Of a stretch of DNA of 62,298 bases, positions 1 to 9,268 are shown piece by piece. The translations under genes and the position numbers were made by a program. Location: NCBI GenBank assembly GCA_030655355.1, contig JAURVS010000314.1, positions 1-62,298 on the forward strand, read 5' to 3'. This DNA is from Sphingopyxis sp. (GTDB lineage: Bacteria; Pseudomonadota; Alphaproteobacteria; Sphingomonadales; Sphingomonadaceae). The notes under the pieces were generated by a model. That model made no database searches and had not been told where the DNA came from. It saw only the letters and a program-made list of their open reading frames with translations. Numbering within the stretch: the stretch's first letter is position 1; every line of letters starts with the position of its first letter.

Positions 1-470
1 ACATGGAGCGGGTGAAGCGTCCCGGCGGTGCGCGCTGGCGCGAGATCGAGCGCGAGCGCGGGCGCGGACGCATCCAGTATATCTTCGGCCATCGCCGCGA
101 CGGCACCGGCTTTCTGGGCTTCGCGCGGGTTCAGGATGGCGATGCCGACGGTTGGGCACCCATGAACGCTGGCTGGATTCGTCGCGACGGAACGTTCGGC
201 AGCCTCGATCCCGCCAAGTCGCGCATGCGCAGCTTCCGCAGCCCAAAGACCGGCTGGAGCACGCATATGCAGGTCGAGCTCGTTGACGAACTCGGCCGCG
301 AGATGAAAAGCGAAGGCTTTGTCGTCAGCACGATGAGCGAGGCGGGATATGGCGTAAACCAGTTGATGCGCTGGGACATTGACGGCGGCATCGGCTGGGG
401 CGAAGATCAGGATGTGTGGAATCCCCAGCATTATATGCGCATGCTCGATGCTCTGAAGGCGACCGTTTGA
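1..470 (+). CDS. C-terminal part of a conserved hypothetical protein (beta-rich, possibly DUF7064-like); runs off the left edge
   Basis: Open frame from the window edge. Protein-like composition ending GWGEDQDVW...DALKATV. Stop TGA overlaps the TTG start of the next gene. Family call is from memory only. Confidence 0.6.
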   Translation, partial: MERVKRPGGARWREIERERGRGRIQYIFGHRRDGTGFLGFARVQDGDADGWAPMNAGWIRRDGTFGSLDPAKSRMRSFRSPKTGWSTHMQVELVDELGREMKSEGFVVSTMSEAGYGVNQLMRWDIDGGIGWGEDQDVWNPQHYMRMLDALKATV

Positions 471-1405
471 CCGCAATGCTGTCCAATCTTGTGCTGCCGC
501 TGATGTGCGCGCCGATGAGCTTTGCCTCGTCGGTGCCGTTGGCGGTCGCCTGCTGCCATGCCGGCATCATCGGCGGCTGGCAGGGCGGTACGGTGACGTC
601 CTTCGCCGCGTTCGAGGACTATCTGGCCGCGCTTGCCGACGTCGGCGGCGCACCGCCGATCGTCAATATGCCGGCGCGTTGGGGGACCGATCCGAAGGCG
701 GCCGATCGCCTCGACCTGCTCGAAAGCTACCGCGTGCCATTGGTCCTCTCCAGCCTCGGCGATCCGTCGGCGCTTGTCGCGCGGGTGCACGGCTGGGGCG
801 GGCGTGTCGTCCATGATGTGACGACGATGAAACATGCCGAAAAGGCGATCGCAGCGGGCGCTGATGGCCTGATGCTGACATGTGCGGGAGCGGGCGGGCA
901 CACGGGCTTTCTGACGCCGATGGCATTTGTGCCCGCCGTCAGGCGTATCTTCGGCGGGCTGCTGATCGTCGCGGGCGGTATCGCCGACGCGCGCGGCATC
1001 GTGGCGTCGCTCGCGCTCGGCGGCGATATCGCTTGCATGGGGACCCGCTTCATCGCCACGCCCGAAAGCGGCGTTGTCGAGGGTCACCGCCACATGATCC
1101 CGACCGTCGGTGCCGACGATATCGTCGCGTCGGCGGCCATGAACGGCGTCCCCGCGCACTGGATGCGGCAATCGATCGAAGCGGCGGGGCTCGATCCCAA
1201 GGCTTTGCCGACGGTGCGGTCGCCGATGCCCGACGGGGTCGAGCCTTGGCGCGACATCTGGAGCGCCGGGCAGAGCGTCGGGCTCATCGACGCGATAGAG
1301 CCTGTTGCCGACCTCGTCGCGCGGCTGACGCACGAATTCGAAGCGCTGCCTGCTATCCCCGACTGGCGCACAAGACTTGCCGAAGTCGAGGCCAGCTGGA
1401 CCTAG
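467..1405 (+). CDS. nitronate monooxygenase / FabK-like FMN oxidoreductase
   Basis: Motifs APMS, GAGGHTG, VAGGIAD, MGTRFIAT, WSAGQSVG. Start is TTG 467 (TTGA overlap) or ATG 476. Confidence 0.85.
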   Translation: MTAMLSNLVLPLMCAPMSFASSVPLAVACCHAGIIGGWQGGTVTSFAAFEDYLAALADVGGAPPIVNMPARWGTDPKAADRLDLLESYRVPLVLSSLGDPSALVARVHGWGGRVVHDVTTMKHAEKAIAAGADGLMLTCAGAGGHTGFLTPMAFVPAVRRIFGGLLIVAGGIADARGIVASLALGGDIACMGTRFIATPESGVVEGHRHMIPTVGADDIVASAAMNGVPAHWMRQSIEAAGLDPKALPTVRSPMPDGVEPWRDIWSAGQSVGLIDAIEPVADLVARLTHEFEALPAIPDWRTRLAEVEASWT

Positions 1406-2391
1406 TCCATCGTCAGGACGATACGCCCCGCGCTTGTTCCCGCGGCCGCATCTTCCATCGCCGCGCGAAAATCCTCGAGCTTGTACGTCTGGGCGATCGC
1501 CGGTCGCAGCACGCCCTTTGCTGCCAGCGCGAACAGCGTGTCGCGGTTAGCCTCGCTCTTCTCGGGCTCGAATATCCCGAACTGGCGAATGTCGACTCCG
1601 ATCAAGCTTGCGCCTTTGAGCAGCGGCAAATTGGTGCGCAGCGCCGCGATCCCGCCCGGAAACCCGATAACAAGATGGCGCCCGTTCCACGCCAGCGAGC
1701 GAAACGCCGGATCGGTCGCGTCGCCGCCGACTGGATCGAAGACGACATCGACGCCTTTGCCACCATTCGCCGCTTTGACCTGATCGCGCCAGTCGGCGCC
1801 GCGGGCATCGATAACGGCGTCGGCGCCCCCTGCGACCGCCAGCGCGCGCTTCGCCTCGCTCGATGCCGAGCCGATAACGTGTGCGCCAAGATGTTTGCCG
1901 ACTTGCACCGCGGCATAGCCGGTCGCGCCGCCAGCGCCGAGCACTAGTAATGTTTCGCCCGCCTTCAGGCTGCCGCGGTCGGCCAAGGCGTGCCACGCAG
2001 TGGCGTAGCTCACCGGAAATACGGCCGCTTCGGCAAACGACAGCGCTTCGGGCATTTTGCGCACCGTCCGTGCCGGCAGGTTGACCGCTTCCGCAAACAT
2101 CCCGCCCCAGCCGCTGCCGACCACCTTGTCACCGACCGCCAGTCCCGTCACGTCGGCGCCGACTGCGGTTACCACACCCGCGCATTCGCTGCCCGGGATG
2201 AACGGCACAGGCGGTTTCACCTGATAGCCGCCATTTGCGGTCAGCACGTCGACGAAGCTGATCCCCGCCGCCCTGATGGAAATGCTCACTTGTGTGGGAG
2301 AGGGCGGCCCGGGATCATGATCGACGAGCGCATAATTTTCAGGCGGACCCAATTCGTCGGAACGAACGGCGCGGGGCAGGGGAGCAGTCAT
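1402..2391 (-). CDS. NADPH:quinone oxidoreductase family (Zn-independent MDR)
   Basis: PFIPGSECAG, LVLGAGGATGYAAVQ, DVVFDPVGG, GRIVL. Confidence 0.9.
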   Translation of the reverse strand: MTAPLPRAVRSDELGPPENYALVDHDPGPPSPTQVSISIRAAGISFVDVLTANGGYQVKPPVPFIPGSECAGVVTAVGADVTGLAVGDKVVGSGWGGMFAEAVNLPARTVRKMPEALSFAEAAVFPVSYATAWHALADRGSLKAGETLLVLGAGGATGYAAVQVGKHLGAHVIGSASSEAKRALAVAGGADAVIDARGADWRDQVKAANGGKGVDVVFDPVGGDATDPAFRSLAWNGRHLVIGFPGGIAALRTNLPLLKGASLIGVDIRQFGIFEPEKSEANRDTLFALAAKGVLRPAIAQTYKLEDFRAAMEDAAAGTSAGRIVLTMD

Positions 2392-2413
2392 CGGACACCT
2401 CTTGTCAGGCTCG

Positions 2414-2433
2414 ACCTAGAAGTATAACTAGGT
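2414..2433. promoter_or_regulatory. island operator copy 1 (ACCTAG-AAGTATAA-CTAGGT)
   Basis: 17/20 match to consensus ACCTAGTTATATAACTAGGT, in a divergent intergenic region. Confidence 0.8.
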
Positions 2434-2459
2434 TATATATGAACGATAGGGGAAAGCTG

Positions 2460-3440
2460 ATGGGCTTCAAGACGCGTATCACCGAAATGCTGGGGATCGA
2501 ACATCCGATTGTCCAGGGCGGCATGCAGGCAGTGGGCACCGCCGACATGGCGAGCGCGGTGTCGAACGCTGGCGGCCTTGGCATCATCACGGCGCTGACT
2601 CAGCCGTCGCCGCAGGCGCTGCGCGACGAGATCGAGCGTTGCCGTTCGCTGACCGACAAGCCGTTCGGCGTCAATCTCACCGTTTTTCCGACGATCAGTT
2701 CGCCCGATTACAATGCCTATGCCGACGCGGTAGTGGAGAGCGGCGTGAAGATCATGGAAACCGCGGGCACCCCGGCGGTTCGCGAAATCTGGGCGCGGGT
2801 AAAGCCGCACGGCGTCACCATCCTTCACAAATGCACCGCGGTCCGCCACGCGCTGTCGGCTGAGAAGGCTGGCTGCGATATCATCTCGATCGATGGCTTC
2901 GAGTGCGCGGGCCATCCGGGCGAAGATGATATTCCCGGGCTGATCCTTATCCCGGCGGCTGCCGGCAAAGTGAAGATCCCGATGCTCGCCTCGGGCGGCT
3001 TCGGCGACGGGCGCGGACTGATCGCGGCGCTCAGCCTCGGCGCCGAGGGCATCAACATGGGCACACGCTTTTGCGCGACCAAGGAAGCGCCCGTGCACGA
3101 CAATGTGAAGCAGGCCTATGTCGACAATGACGAACGCGGCAGCTTCCTGATTTTCCGCAACTTCAAGAACACTGCGCGCGTCGGCAAAAGCGAAGTCAGC
3201 GAAGAAGTCGTACGCCGCCTGTCGCAACCCGACGCAAAATTCAGCGATGTCCAGGAACTGGTCGCGGGCACCGCCGGCCGCGAACTGCTCCAGACCGGGG
3301 ACCTCAGCAAGGGCGTCTTCTGGGCTGGGATGATCCAGGGGCTGATCCATGACATCCCGACCTGTCAGGAACTGATCGACCGGATCATCGGCGATGCCGA
3401 AGCGATCCTCGACCAGCGCCTCGCGGGATTCCGGCGCTGA
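2460..3440 (+). CDS. nitronate monooxygenase / FabK-like FMN oxidoreductase
   Basis: MGFKTRITEMLGIEHPIVQGGM, ECAGHPG, ASGGFGDGRG, MGTRF. ATG 2460 follows a purine-rich RBS. Confidence 0.92.
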   Translation: MGFKTRITEMLGIEHPIVQGGMQAVGTADMASAVSNAGGLGIITALTQPSPQALRDEIERCRSLTDKPFGVNLTVFPTISSPDYNAYADAVVESGVKIMETAGTPAVREIWARVKPHGVTILHKCTAVRHALSAEKAGCDIISIDGFECAGHPGEDDIPGLILIPAAAGKVKIPMLASGGFGDGRGLIAALSLGAEGINMGTRFCATKEAPVHDNVKQAYVDNDERGSFLIFRNFKNTARVGKSEVSEEVVRRLSQPDAKFSDVQELVAGTAGRELLQTGDLSKGVFWAGMIQGLIHDIPTCQELIDRIIGDAEAILDQRLAGFRR

Positions 3441-3444
3441 CGCC

Positions 3445-4296
3445 GTGAAAGTCGTCGTCACCGGCAGCGCGGGCAAGATCGGCCGATCGGCGCTGTCCGC
3501 GCTGCGATCGGCGGGGCATCGCGCGGTCGGGCTCGATATTGCCGGCCCGATCGAACCCGGCCGCCAGTTACGATGCGACTGTACCGATTTCGGTGCGGTA
3601 ATGGGCGCGCTGTCGGGCATCGACCCCGCGGGCGGAATTCCCGACGCCGTCGTCCATCTGGCCGGTATTCCCGCGCCGGGACTGGCGACCGATGAGGCGA
3701 CTTTTGCGGTCAACACGCGCTCCACCTACAATATCTTCTCGGCCTGCGCGCGGCTCGGCATCCGCAAGATCGTGTGGGCATCGAGCGAGACGATTCTCGG
3801 CCTGCCGTTCGACGAGCCACCGGCCTTCGCACCGCTCGACGAAACGCACCCCGACCGGCCGAACTGGTCTTATGCGCTGGCGAAACAGCTCGGCGAGACG
3901 ATGGCTGACAATTTCGTTCGTTGGCATCCAGACATGGCGATCCTGTCATTGCGCTTCTCGAACGTCTTCACCGCCGACGATTATGCCGGGCTGGCAAAGA
4001 TGCAGGCGGATCCGGGGCGGCGGAAATGGAACCTGTGGTCCTATGTCGATGCCGAAGATGCCGCGCAGGCTTGCGTCGGTGCGGTCGAAGCGCGCGTAGA
4101 GGGTCATCACCGGCTGATTGTCGCAGCCGGCGATACGCTGTTCGACACGCCGAGCGCCGAGTTGATGGCCAAATATTTCCCCGATGTGCCGCTCGGCACG
4201 ATCGAGGGCTTTCAATCGCTTCAATCGTCGGCGCGCGCCGAAGAGATCATCGGTTATCGGCCGCAGCATGGATGGCGCCAGCGCGTTCCGTCCTAA
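3445..4296 (+). CDS. NAD-dependent epimerase/dehydratase (extended SDR)
   Basis: VVVTGSAGKIG, VVHLAG, ASS, YALAK (YxxxK), LRFSNV. GTG start at 3445. Confidence 0.88.
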   Translation: MKVVVTGSAGKIGRSALSALRSAGHRAVGLDIAGPIEPGRQLRCDCTDFGAVMGALSGIDPAGGIPDAVVHLAGIPAPGLATDEATFAVNTRSTYNIFSACARLGIRKIVWASSETILGLPFDEPPAFAPLDETHPDRPNWSYALAKQLGETMADNFVRWHPDMAILSLRFSNVFTADDYAGLAKMQADPGRRKWNLWSYVDAEDAAQACVGAVEARVEGHHRLIVAAGDTLFDTPSAELMAKYFPDVPLGTIEGFQSLQSSARAEEIIGYRPQHGWRQRVPS

Positions 4297-5039
4297 CGCT
4301 GCCCGCCATCGACGCGCAGCAATGCGCCGGTGGTGTAGGATGAAGCGGGGCTCGCAAGCATCAGAGCGGCGGTGACAATTTCGGGCGGGTTGCCCGGGCG
4401 ACCGAGTGCCACGGGCTGCGTCTCGCGCTTCCTCTCGTCCCACGCGTCGGCAATGTCGGTCAGGAACGGACCCGCCGAGATCGTGTTGACGCGCACCTTC
4501 GGACCATATTCGCGGCTCAGCGACACTGTCATCGCATTGAGCGCTGCCTTTGCCGCGCCATAGGGAACGATGCCGGGCAATGCCATCAGCGCGCCCGTAG
4601 AGCTGATATTGATGATCGCGCCGCCGTCACCGTCGGCCATCCGCTTCCCGATCTGGCTGGCAAGGCGAAACGGACCCTTGAAATTGAGATTCATGACGCT
4701 GTCGAACAGGCTTTCGGACATCTCGTGGCTCGGCATCGGCGGCGACATGCCGGCGTTGTTGATCAGCACGTCGACGCGGCCGAATTCGGCATAGGCCGCC
4801 TCGATCAGTGCATCGCATTCGGCCCATTTGCCGACATGCGCGGCGACGGGCAGGGCGCGGCGGCCGAGGGCGCGGCACTCGGAAGCGACGGCCTCGCAAT
4901 TGTCGAGTTTGCGGCTCGCAACGATGATGTCGGCGCCGCGCGTCGCAAACGCCTTGACCATCTGATAGCCGAGGCCGCGCGAGCCGCCGGTGACGAGGAT
5001 GACCTTGCCGGTGAAATCAAATAGCGGATCGAGAGTCAT
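4293..5039 (-). CDS. SDR oxidoreductase
   Basis: TGGSRGLG, NNAG, YGAAK. ATG 5039 overlaps the ACAD stop (ATGA). Confidence 0.92.
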   Translation of the reverse strand: MTLDPLFDFTGKVILVTGGSRGLGYQMVKAFATRGADIIVASRKLDNCEAVASECRALGRRALPVAAHVGKWAECDALIEAAYAEFGRVDVLINNAGMSPPMPSHEMSESLFDSVMNLNFKGPFRLASQIGKRMADGDGGAIINISSTGALMALPGIVPYGAAKAALNAMTVSLSREYGPKVRVNTISAGPFLTDIADAWDERKRETQPVALGRPGNPPEIVTAALMLASPASSYTTGALLRVDGGQR

Positions 5040-6316
5040 GCTGCGTTTCTCGCCTTTAGCGCGGCCAGTCGCGTCGGAATATGTTCGGTGGGGAACAGCC
5101 CCTCCGCGGGCTTGGCGTTCTTCAGATAGGCCTTTGCGACCTGCGCCTTGTGCACTTCGGTCGGACCATCGGCGAGGGCGAGGCTGGGCAGCCCCATCCA
5201 CATGTCGGCCAGCGGCGTCTCGAGCGTGACGCCAAGGCTGCCATGCAGCTGGATCGCGCGCTGGACGATGTCATGATAGACTTTCGCCATCTGCACTTTG
5301 CACATCGCGATATGCGTGCGCGCTGCGCCATGCGGCTCATTATCTATAATCCACGCGGTCTTGAGAACGAGCAGGCGAAATTGCTCGAGCTCGATGATCG
5401 AATCGGCGATCGCGCCCTGCACGAACTGATGCTCCGAAAGCTGCTTGCCCTGCGTCCGGCGCGACACTGCACGTTCCAGCATCATGTCGATCGCGCGCTG
5501 GCACTTGCCGACGGTGCGCATTGCATGGTGGACGCGCCCGCCGCCGAGCCTCGCCTGCGCGACCTTGAACCCCTCGCCGGGACCGCCGAGCATCGCGTCG
5601 AGCGGCACGCGCACCTTATTATAGCGAATATAGGCGTGGGTGCCGTCGTCCTCGCCCTTGCTGTCGCCCATCGTCTGCGAATGGCGGATGAACTCGATCC
5701 CTGGCGTGTCGGTCGGCACGATCAGCATCGACATCCGGCTGTGCGGCGGGTTTTCGGGGTTGGTCACCACCATGACGATCAGGAAGGCGGCATAGCGCGC
5801 GTTCGACGAGAACCATTTCTCGCCCTCGATCACCCATTCGTTGCCATCCTGATAGGCGCGGCAGGCGAATTCCTTGGGATCGGCGCCGGCTTGCGGCTCG
5901 GTCATCGAAAAGGTCGATACGATCGTTCCCGCCATGAGCGGCTTCAGGAAGCGCGCCTTTTGCTCGTCGGTGCCGAACATCGCGAGAATCTCGCTGTTGC
6001 CGGTATCGGGCGCGGCGGTGCCGAACACCGTCGGCGCCCAATAGCTGCGCCCGAGTATCTCGTTCATCAACGCCAGGGTTAGCTGGCCATAGCCGGGCCC
6101 GCCGAGCTCGGCGCCAAGATGGCAGGCCCACAGACCCTGTGCCTTCACCTGCTCTTGAAGCGGCGCCATATAGGCCCGCGATTCTGTGTTCGCGACATCG
6201 TAAGGGGCCCCGTGGCCGGGGAACAGGATATCCATCGCCTCGCATTCGTCGCGTACAAAACGCCCCATCCAGTCGAGCTTTGCCTGCAATTCTGGTTCGA
6301 CGCGGAAATCGATCAT
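5036..6316 (-). CDS. acyl-CoA dehydrogenase, ACAD10/11 (LvaC)-like
   Basis: APDTGNSEIL, FSMTEP, GEKWFSS, AQARLGGGRVHHAMR, LADGPTEVH. Confidence 0.9.
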   Translation of the reverse strand: MIDFRVEPELQAKLDWMGRFVRDECEAMDILFPGHGAPYDVANTESRAYMAPLQEQVKAQGLWACHLGAELGGPGYGQLTLALMNEILGRSYWAPTVFGTAAPDTGNSEILAMFGTDEQKARFLKPLMAGTIVSTFSMTEPQAGADPKEFACRAYQDGNEWVIEGEKWFSSNARYAAFLIVMVVTNPENPPHSRMSMLIVPTDTPGIEFIRHSQTMGDSKGEDDGTHAYIRYNKVRVPLDAMLGGPGEGFKVAQARLGGGRVHHAMRTVGKCQRAIDMMLERAVSRRTQGKQLSEHQFVQGAIADSIIELEQFRLLVLKTAWIIDNEPHGAARTHIAMCKVQMAKVYHDIVQRAIQLHGSLGVTLETPLADMWMGLPSLALADGPTEVHKAQVAKAYLKNAKPAEGLFPTEHIPTRLAALKARNAA

Positions 6317-6343
6317 GGACTGTCCTTTTTCAGGCGATCGGGT

Positions 6344-7411
6344 CTAGCCGATCAGGCGGATAAGTTTTTCGGCTTCGGCGAAATTGCCGCGGACCAGCCG
6401 GTCGAAGAAGCGCCCGGTTTCGGCGCTCAAAATGCCCTTGGCAGCTTGCGCGACCTTATATTCTAGGATGCAGCCGCCCTTGAACATCGCGAGCAGCAGA
6501 TAATAGTCGAAGCTCGCCATGCTGCGGCCCGTGCCGGCGGCATAATGCGCCATCAGCTCCTGTCGCGTCGGCCATTCGTCGACATTATACAGCGCCTTTT
6601 CGGGCACATGACCGGGGAAGCGATTGTCGCGGATGCCATTGCAGAACCAGGCGAGATCAAGCAGCGGATCAGCGATCGTCGACAGCTCCCAGTCGATGAG
6701 GGCGGTCAAGCGGCATGGCGGATCGAAAGCGAACAGCGCGTTGGGCGTGCCGACGTCGCCGTGAATGATGCCCGGCCGGAAATCGCCGGGGATATTCGCG
6801 CGCAGCCAGTCGCGCACAAGCGCATAGCCCGGCAGGTCGCGCCATTCATGGTCATAGAGCTGCTTGTAGCTCCTGATCTGGCCCTCCCAGCGATCGACCT
6901 GCCGCTCGAGAAAATTGTCGGGGCGCCCGAAATCTTCGAGGCCGACCGCCTTGTAATCGACATTGGCAAGCGCGATCAGCCCGTCGACCATCGCAAGCGG
7001 CACTTCGCGCGCGTGCGGCGGCGTGTCGAAAGGCGGCCGGTCGTGGATTTTTCCGTCGCTGAGGTCGGCGGGCCAGCCCTCGACTAAGTCCATGACATAG
7101 AAAGGTGCGCCGATCACATCGGCATCAGCGCAACTGCCGTGGCAATAGGGATGCGGGACGTCGGTTCCGCGCAGCGCGGTGAGCACGCGCGCTTCGCGCA
7201 TGACGCTCTTTTCGCTGCCGGGCGGCGGCACCGCGGGCGGGCGGCGCAGGATCAGCGTGTCGCCGCCGCGATTCAGCGACAGGATGACGTTCGACGTGCC
7301 GCCGTGGATTTTCTTCACCGTCAGCGGGCCGGTGCCGAGCGCCGGAATATGCGTGTCGAGCCATGGCGCCAGCCGTCCGGGATCCGCGAGCGCTGCAAGA
7401 TCGTCGTTCAT
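6344..7411 (-). CDS. APH-family phosphotransferase (ACAD10/11 kinase-domain / LvaA-like)
   Basis: GGTSN, ILRRPP, REARVL, PFYVM, IHGD, LIDWELSTIADPLLDL. Confidence 0.9.
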   Translation of the reverse strand: MNDDLAALADPGRLAPWLDTHIPALGTGPLTVKKIHGGTSNVILSLNRGGDTLILRRPPAVPPPGSEKSVMREARVLTALRGTDVPHPYCHGSCADADVIGAPFYVMDLVEGWPADLSDGKIHDRPPFDTPPHAREVPLAMVDGLIALANVDYKAVGLEDFGRPDNFLERQVDRWEGQIRSYKQLYDHEWRDLPGYALVRDWLRANIPGDFRPGIIHGDVGTPNALFAFDPPCRLTALIDWELSTIADPLLDLAWFCNGIRDNRFPGHVPEKALYNVDEWPTRQELMAHYAAGTGRSMASFDYYLLLAMFKGGCILEYKVAQAAKGILSAETGRFFDRLVRGNFAEAEKLIRLIG

Positions 7412-7869
7412 CCCTCGCGCTCCCGCAAATAGGCTTCGATCTCGCTGCGGATCATGTGCAATTGGTCCGCCGCCGCCGCGAAGCTTTCGCTGTCGATCCG
7501 TGCCAGCAATGCGTCGGTCACTGCTTGTGCTCGCTTGTGATCGGCCGCCTTGAGCGCGCGCCCCGCCTCGCTCGCAACGATCAGCGACGCGCGCTTGTGA
7601 TCGGGGTTGTCGGCAAAGCTGATGAGGCCCAGCGCGGCAAGGCCGTTCGCGGCGCGCTGCACCACTTGCCGCGGATGGCCGAGGCTGCGGCCGATCTGCG
7701 CGACGGTGGGCGCTTCGCCGGCATTGACCACTGCCGTGAGGACAGTGAGTTCCATTTCGGCCAGCCCGCTAGCGGCGCGCGTCTCGGCATAAAGCGCGCG
7801 CATGCGTCCGCGCAGCCGCGCCACCTCGTCGGCGAATCGTTCGAAATCGGAGAAGCGCGGTGTCAACAT
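7408..7869 (-). CDS. MarR-family transcriptional regulator
   Basis: 153 aa winged HTH: TVAQIGRSLGHPRQVVQRAANGL...NPDHKRASL...GRAL. Confidence 0.88.
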   Translation of the reverse strand: MLTPRFSDFERFADEVARLRGRMRALYAETRAASGLAEMELTVLTAVVNAGEAPTVAQIGRSLGHPRQVVQRAANGLAALGLISFADNPDHKRASLIVASEAGRALKAADHKRAQAVTDALLARIDSESFAAAADQLHMIRSEIEAYLREREG

Positions 7870-7903
7870 GACACTTGAATGTCAAAATGACACTACAGTG
7901 TCA
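7869..7903. promoter_or_regulatory. two tandem palindromes TGACAC-N4-(G/A)TGTCA, probable MarR operators
   Basis: 7888-7903 TGACACTACAGTGTCA is a perfect 6-4-6 palindrome. 7869-7884 TGACACTTGAATGTCA has one mismatch and abuts the MarR start codon. Confidence 0.75.
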
Positions 7904-7911
7904 ATATCAAT

Positions 7912-8334
7912 TCAGCGCGTCGTCATTGGCCGGAACAGCGACCCCTCGGCTTGCCAGTCGATACGAACCCGTCGATGCGCGAAACGCCAGCCAGCAGCGG
8001 TACGCGTCAGCCGGTCATCATAGGTGCCGCTGTGATCGGGTCCGAAATTGCTGTGTACCGCGAAATAGCTGCGCGCCGTCGCCGCGTTCCCGTCGATTGT
8101 GATCAGCGGGTTGGTGATGTGGTGGCGCACGAAGGTGAGCCGCGGATCGCCCGTTCCCGACCCGAGCGACGCCGCAATCGCTTGCGGCCCTTTCGGACTC
8201 GCGCCCGGATATTCCAGCACGCCGTCGTCGGCGAAGCATGCCGCCAGTTCGTCTACGCGCCCGCGGTCGCCATTATAGGTATATCGTGCGAGCAGGTCGC
8301 GGATCGCGTCGCGGTCGGCGGCGAGCTCAACCAT
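7912..8334 (-). CDS. SnoaL/NTF2-like family protein
   Basis: DRDAIRDLLARYTYNGD, FADDG, RHHITN, GTYDDRL, GWRFAHR. Confidence 0.88.
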   Translation of the reverse strand: MVELAADRDAIRDLLARYTYNGDRGRVDELAACFADDGVLEYPGASPKGPQAIAASLGSGTGDPRLTFVRHHITNPLITIDGNAATARSYFAVHSNFGPDHSGTYDDRLTRTAAGWRFAHRRVRIDWQAEGSLFRPMTTR

Positions 8335-9187
8335 TGAAGTGAAGCCTTAGTCCGGGCTCGTCCCAGCGCGTCTTCATCAGCCGCCCGGTCGTCGACAGCG
8401 TGATATAGGCATCGCGCATATCCTCGCCGCCAAAGGCGATATTGGTGACATAGGGGTCGCCCCCGATCGCAAGTTTCGACACCTCGCCGCCGGGCGTGAT
8501 CGTCGAAATCCCGCCCTCATACAGCGTCGCGACGCAGATATTGCCCGCCGCGGTCACTGCCAGACTGTCGAACCCGACCGGCCCCGGCGCATTCGCGATC
8601 CATTCGGCACGCTGCTTCTCCACCTTGCGGTCGTAACGCCACAGCCGCCCCTGATGCGTGTCGGCGACATAGACATGCGCGCCGTCGGGCGACAGCCCGA
8701 CTCCATTGTAGGATAGCGCATGCCGGTTGATCGCAGTGATCGACGATCCGTCGGGCAGCGCGCTGAACAGTCCGCTAGCGGTGCGGATACCGTCGTGCGT
8801 CTTGCCAAGGTCCGTGAACCAGAGGCGGCCGTCGCCGTCGAAAACTATATCGTTCGGCGCCTCGAGGGCGATGCCGTCGCAGCTTTCGTAAAGGCGCTCG
8901 AACCGGCCGGTCGACAGGTCGACGCGCTCGACGCGTCCTTCGTGCCCGGCGCCGCGGGCATTCTGGAATTTGAGGAGGTCGAGCCCGCCATTATTGCAGA
9001 CATATAGCGCTCCGTCGGGCCCGATCGCTGCGCCATTGGGGCCGCCTCCGATCGCACACACCGTTTCGGTGCGCCCGTTCCAGCAGCGCGTGATGCGTCC
9101 GCCCGCCAGTTCGACGAGGATCACCGAGCCGTCGGCCATCACCACCGGCCCCTCGGGAAAGGCGAGGTCCTCAGCGACGATCTCCAT
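8327..9187 (-). CDS. SMP-30/gluconolactonase family lactonase
   Basis: FPEGP, GPNG, APNDIVFD, NGVGLSPDG, FDSLAV, VTNIAFGG: six-blade propeller with E/N/N/D metal ligands. Confidence 0.9.
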   Translation of the reverse strand: MEIVAEDLAFPEGPVVMADGSVILVELAGGRITRCWNGRTETVCAIGGGPNGAAIGPDGALYVCNNGGLDLLKFQNARGAGHEGRVERVDLSTGRFERLYESCDGIALEAPNDIVFDGDGRLWFTDLGKTHDGIRTASGLFSALPDGSSITAINRHALSYNGVGLSPDGAHVYVADTHQGRLWRYDRKVEKQRAEWIANAPGPVGFDSLAVTAAGNICVATLYEGGISTITPGGEVSKLAIGGDPYVTNIAFGGEDMRDAYITLSTTGRLMKTRWDEPGLRLHFNG

Positions 9188-9197
9188 GACCCTCTCC

Positions 9198-9223
9198 TAT
9201 ATAACCTAGTTATGTATGTCTTG
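9198..9223. promoter_or_regulatory. island operator copy 2
   Basis: 9204-9223 matches the consensus at 13/20 with a perfect left 10-mer. 9198-9213 TATATAACCTAGTTAT is the exact reverse complement of 2424-2439. Divergent intergenic region. Confidence 0.7.
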
Positions 9224-9268
9224 ACACGCGACGAGGTAGCGCGCAACCCTGATGCCGGGAGAGAGACA

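Noticed and set aside
6344-7411. APH kinases (also 39480) as aminoglycoside-resistance genes
   Set aside because: Context with ACAD, SDR and CoA-transferase, and their motifs, point to acyl-CoA metabolism.
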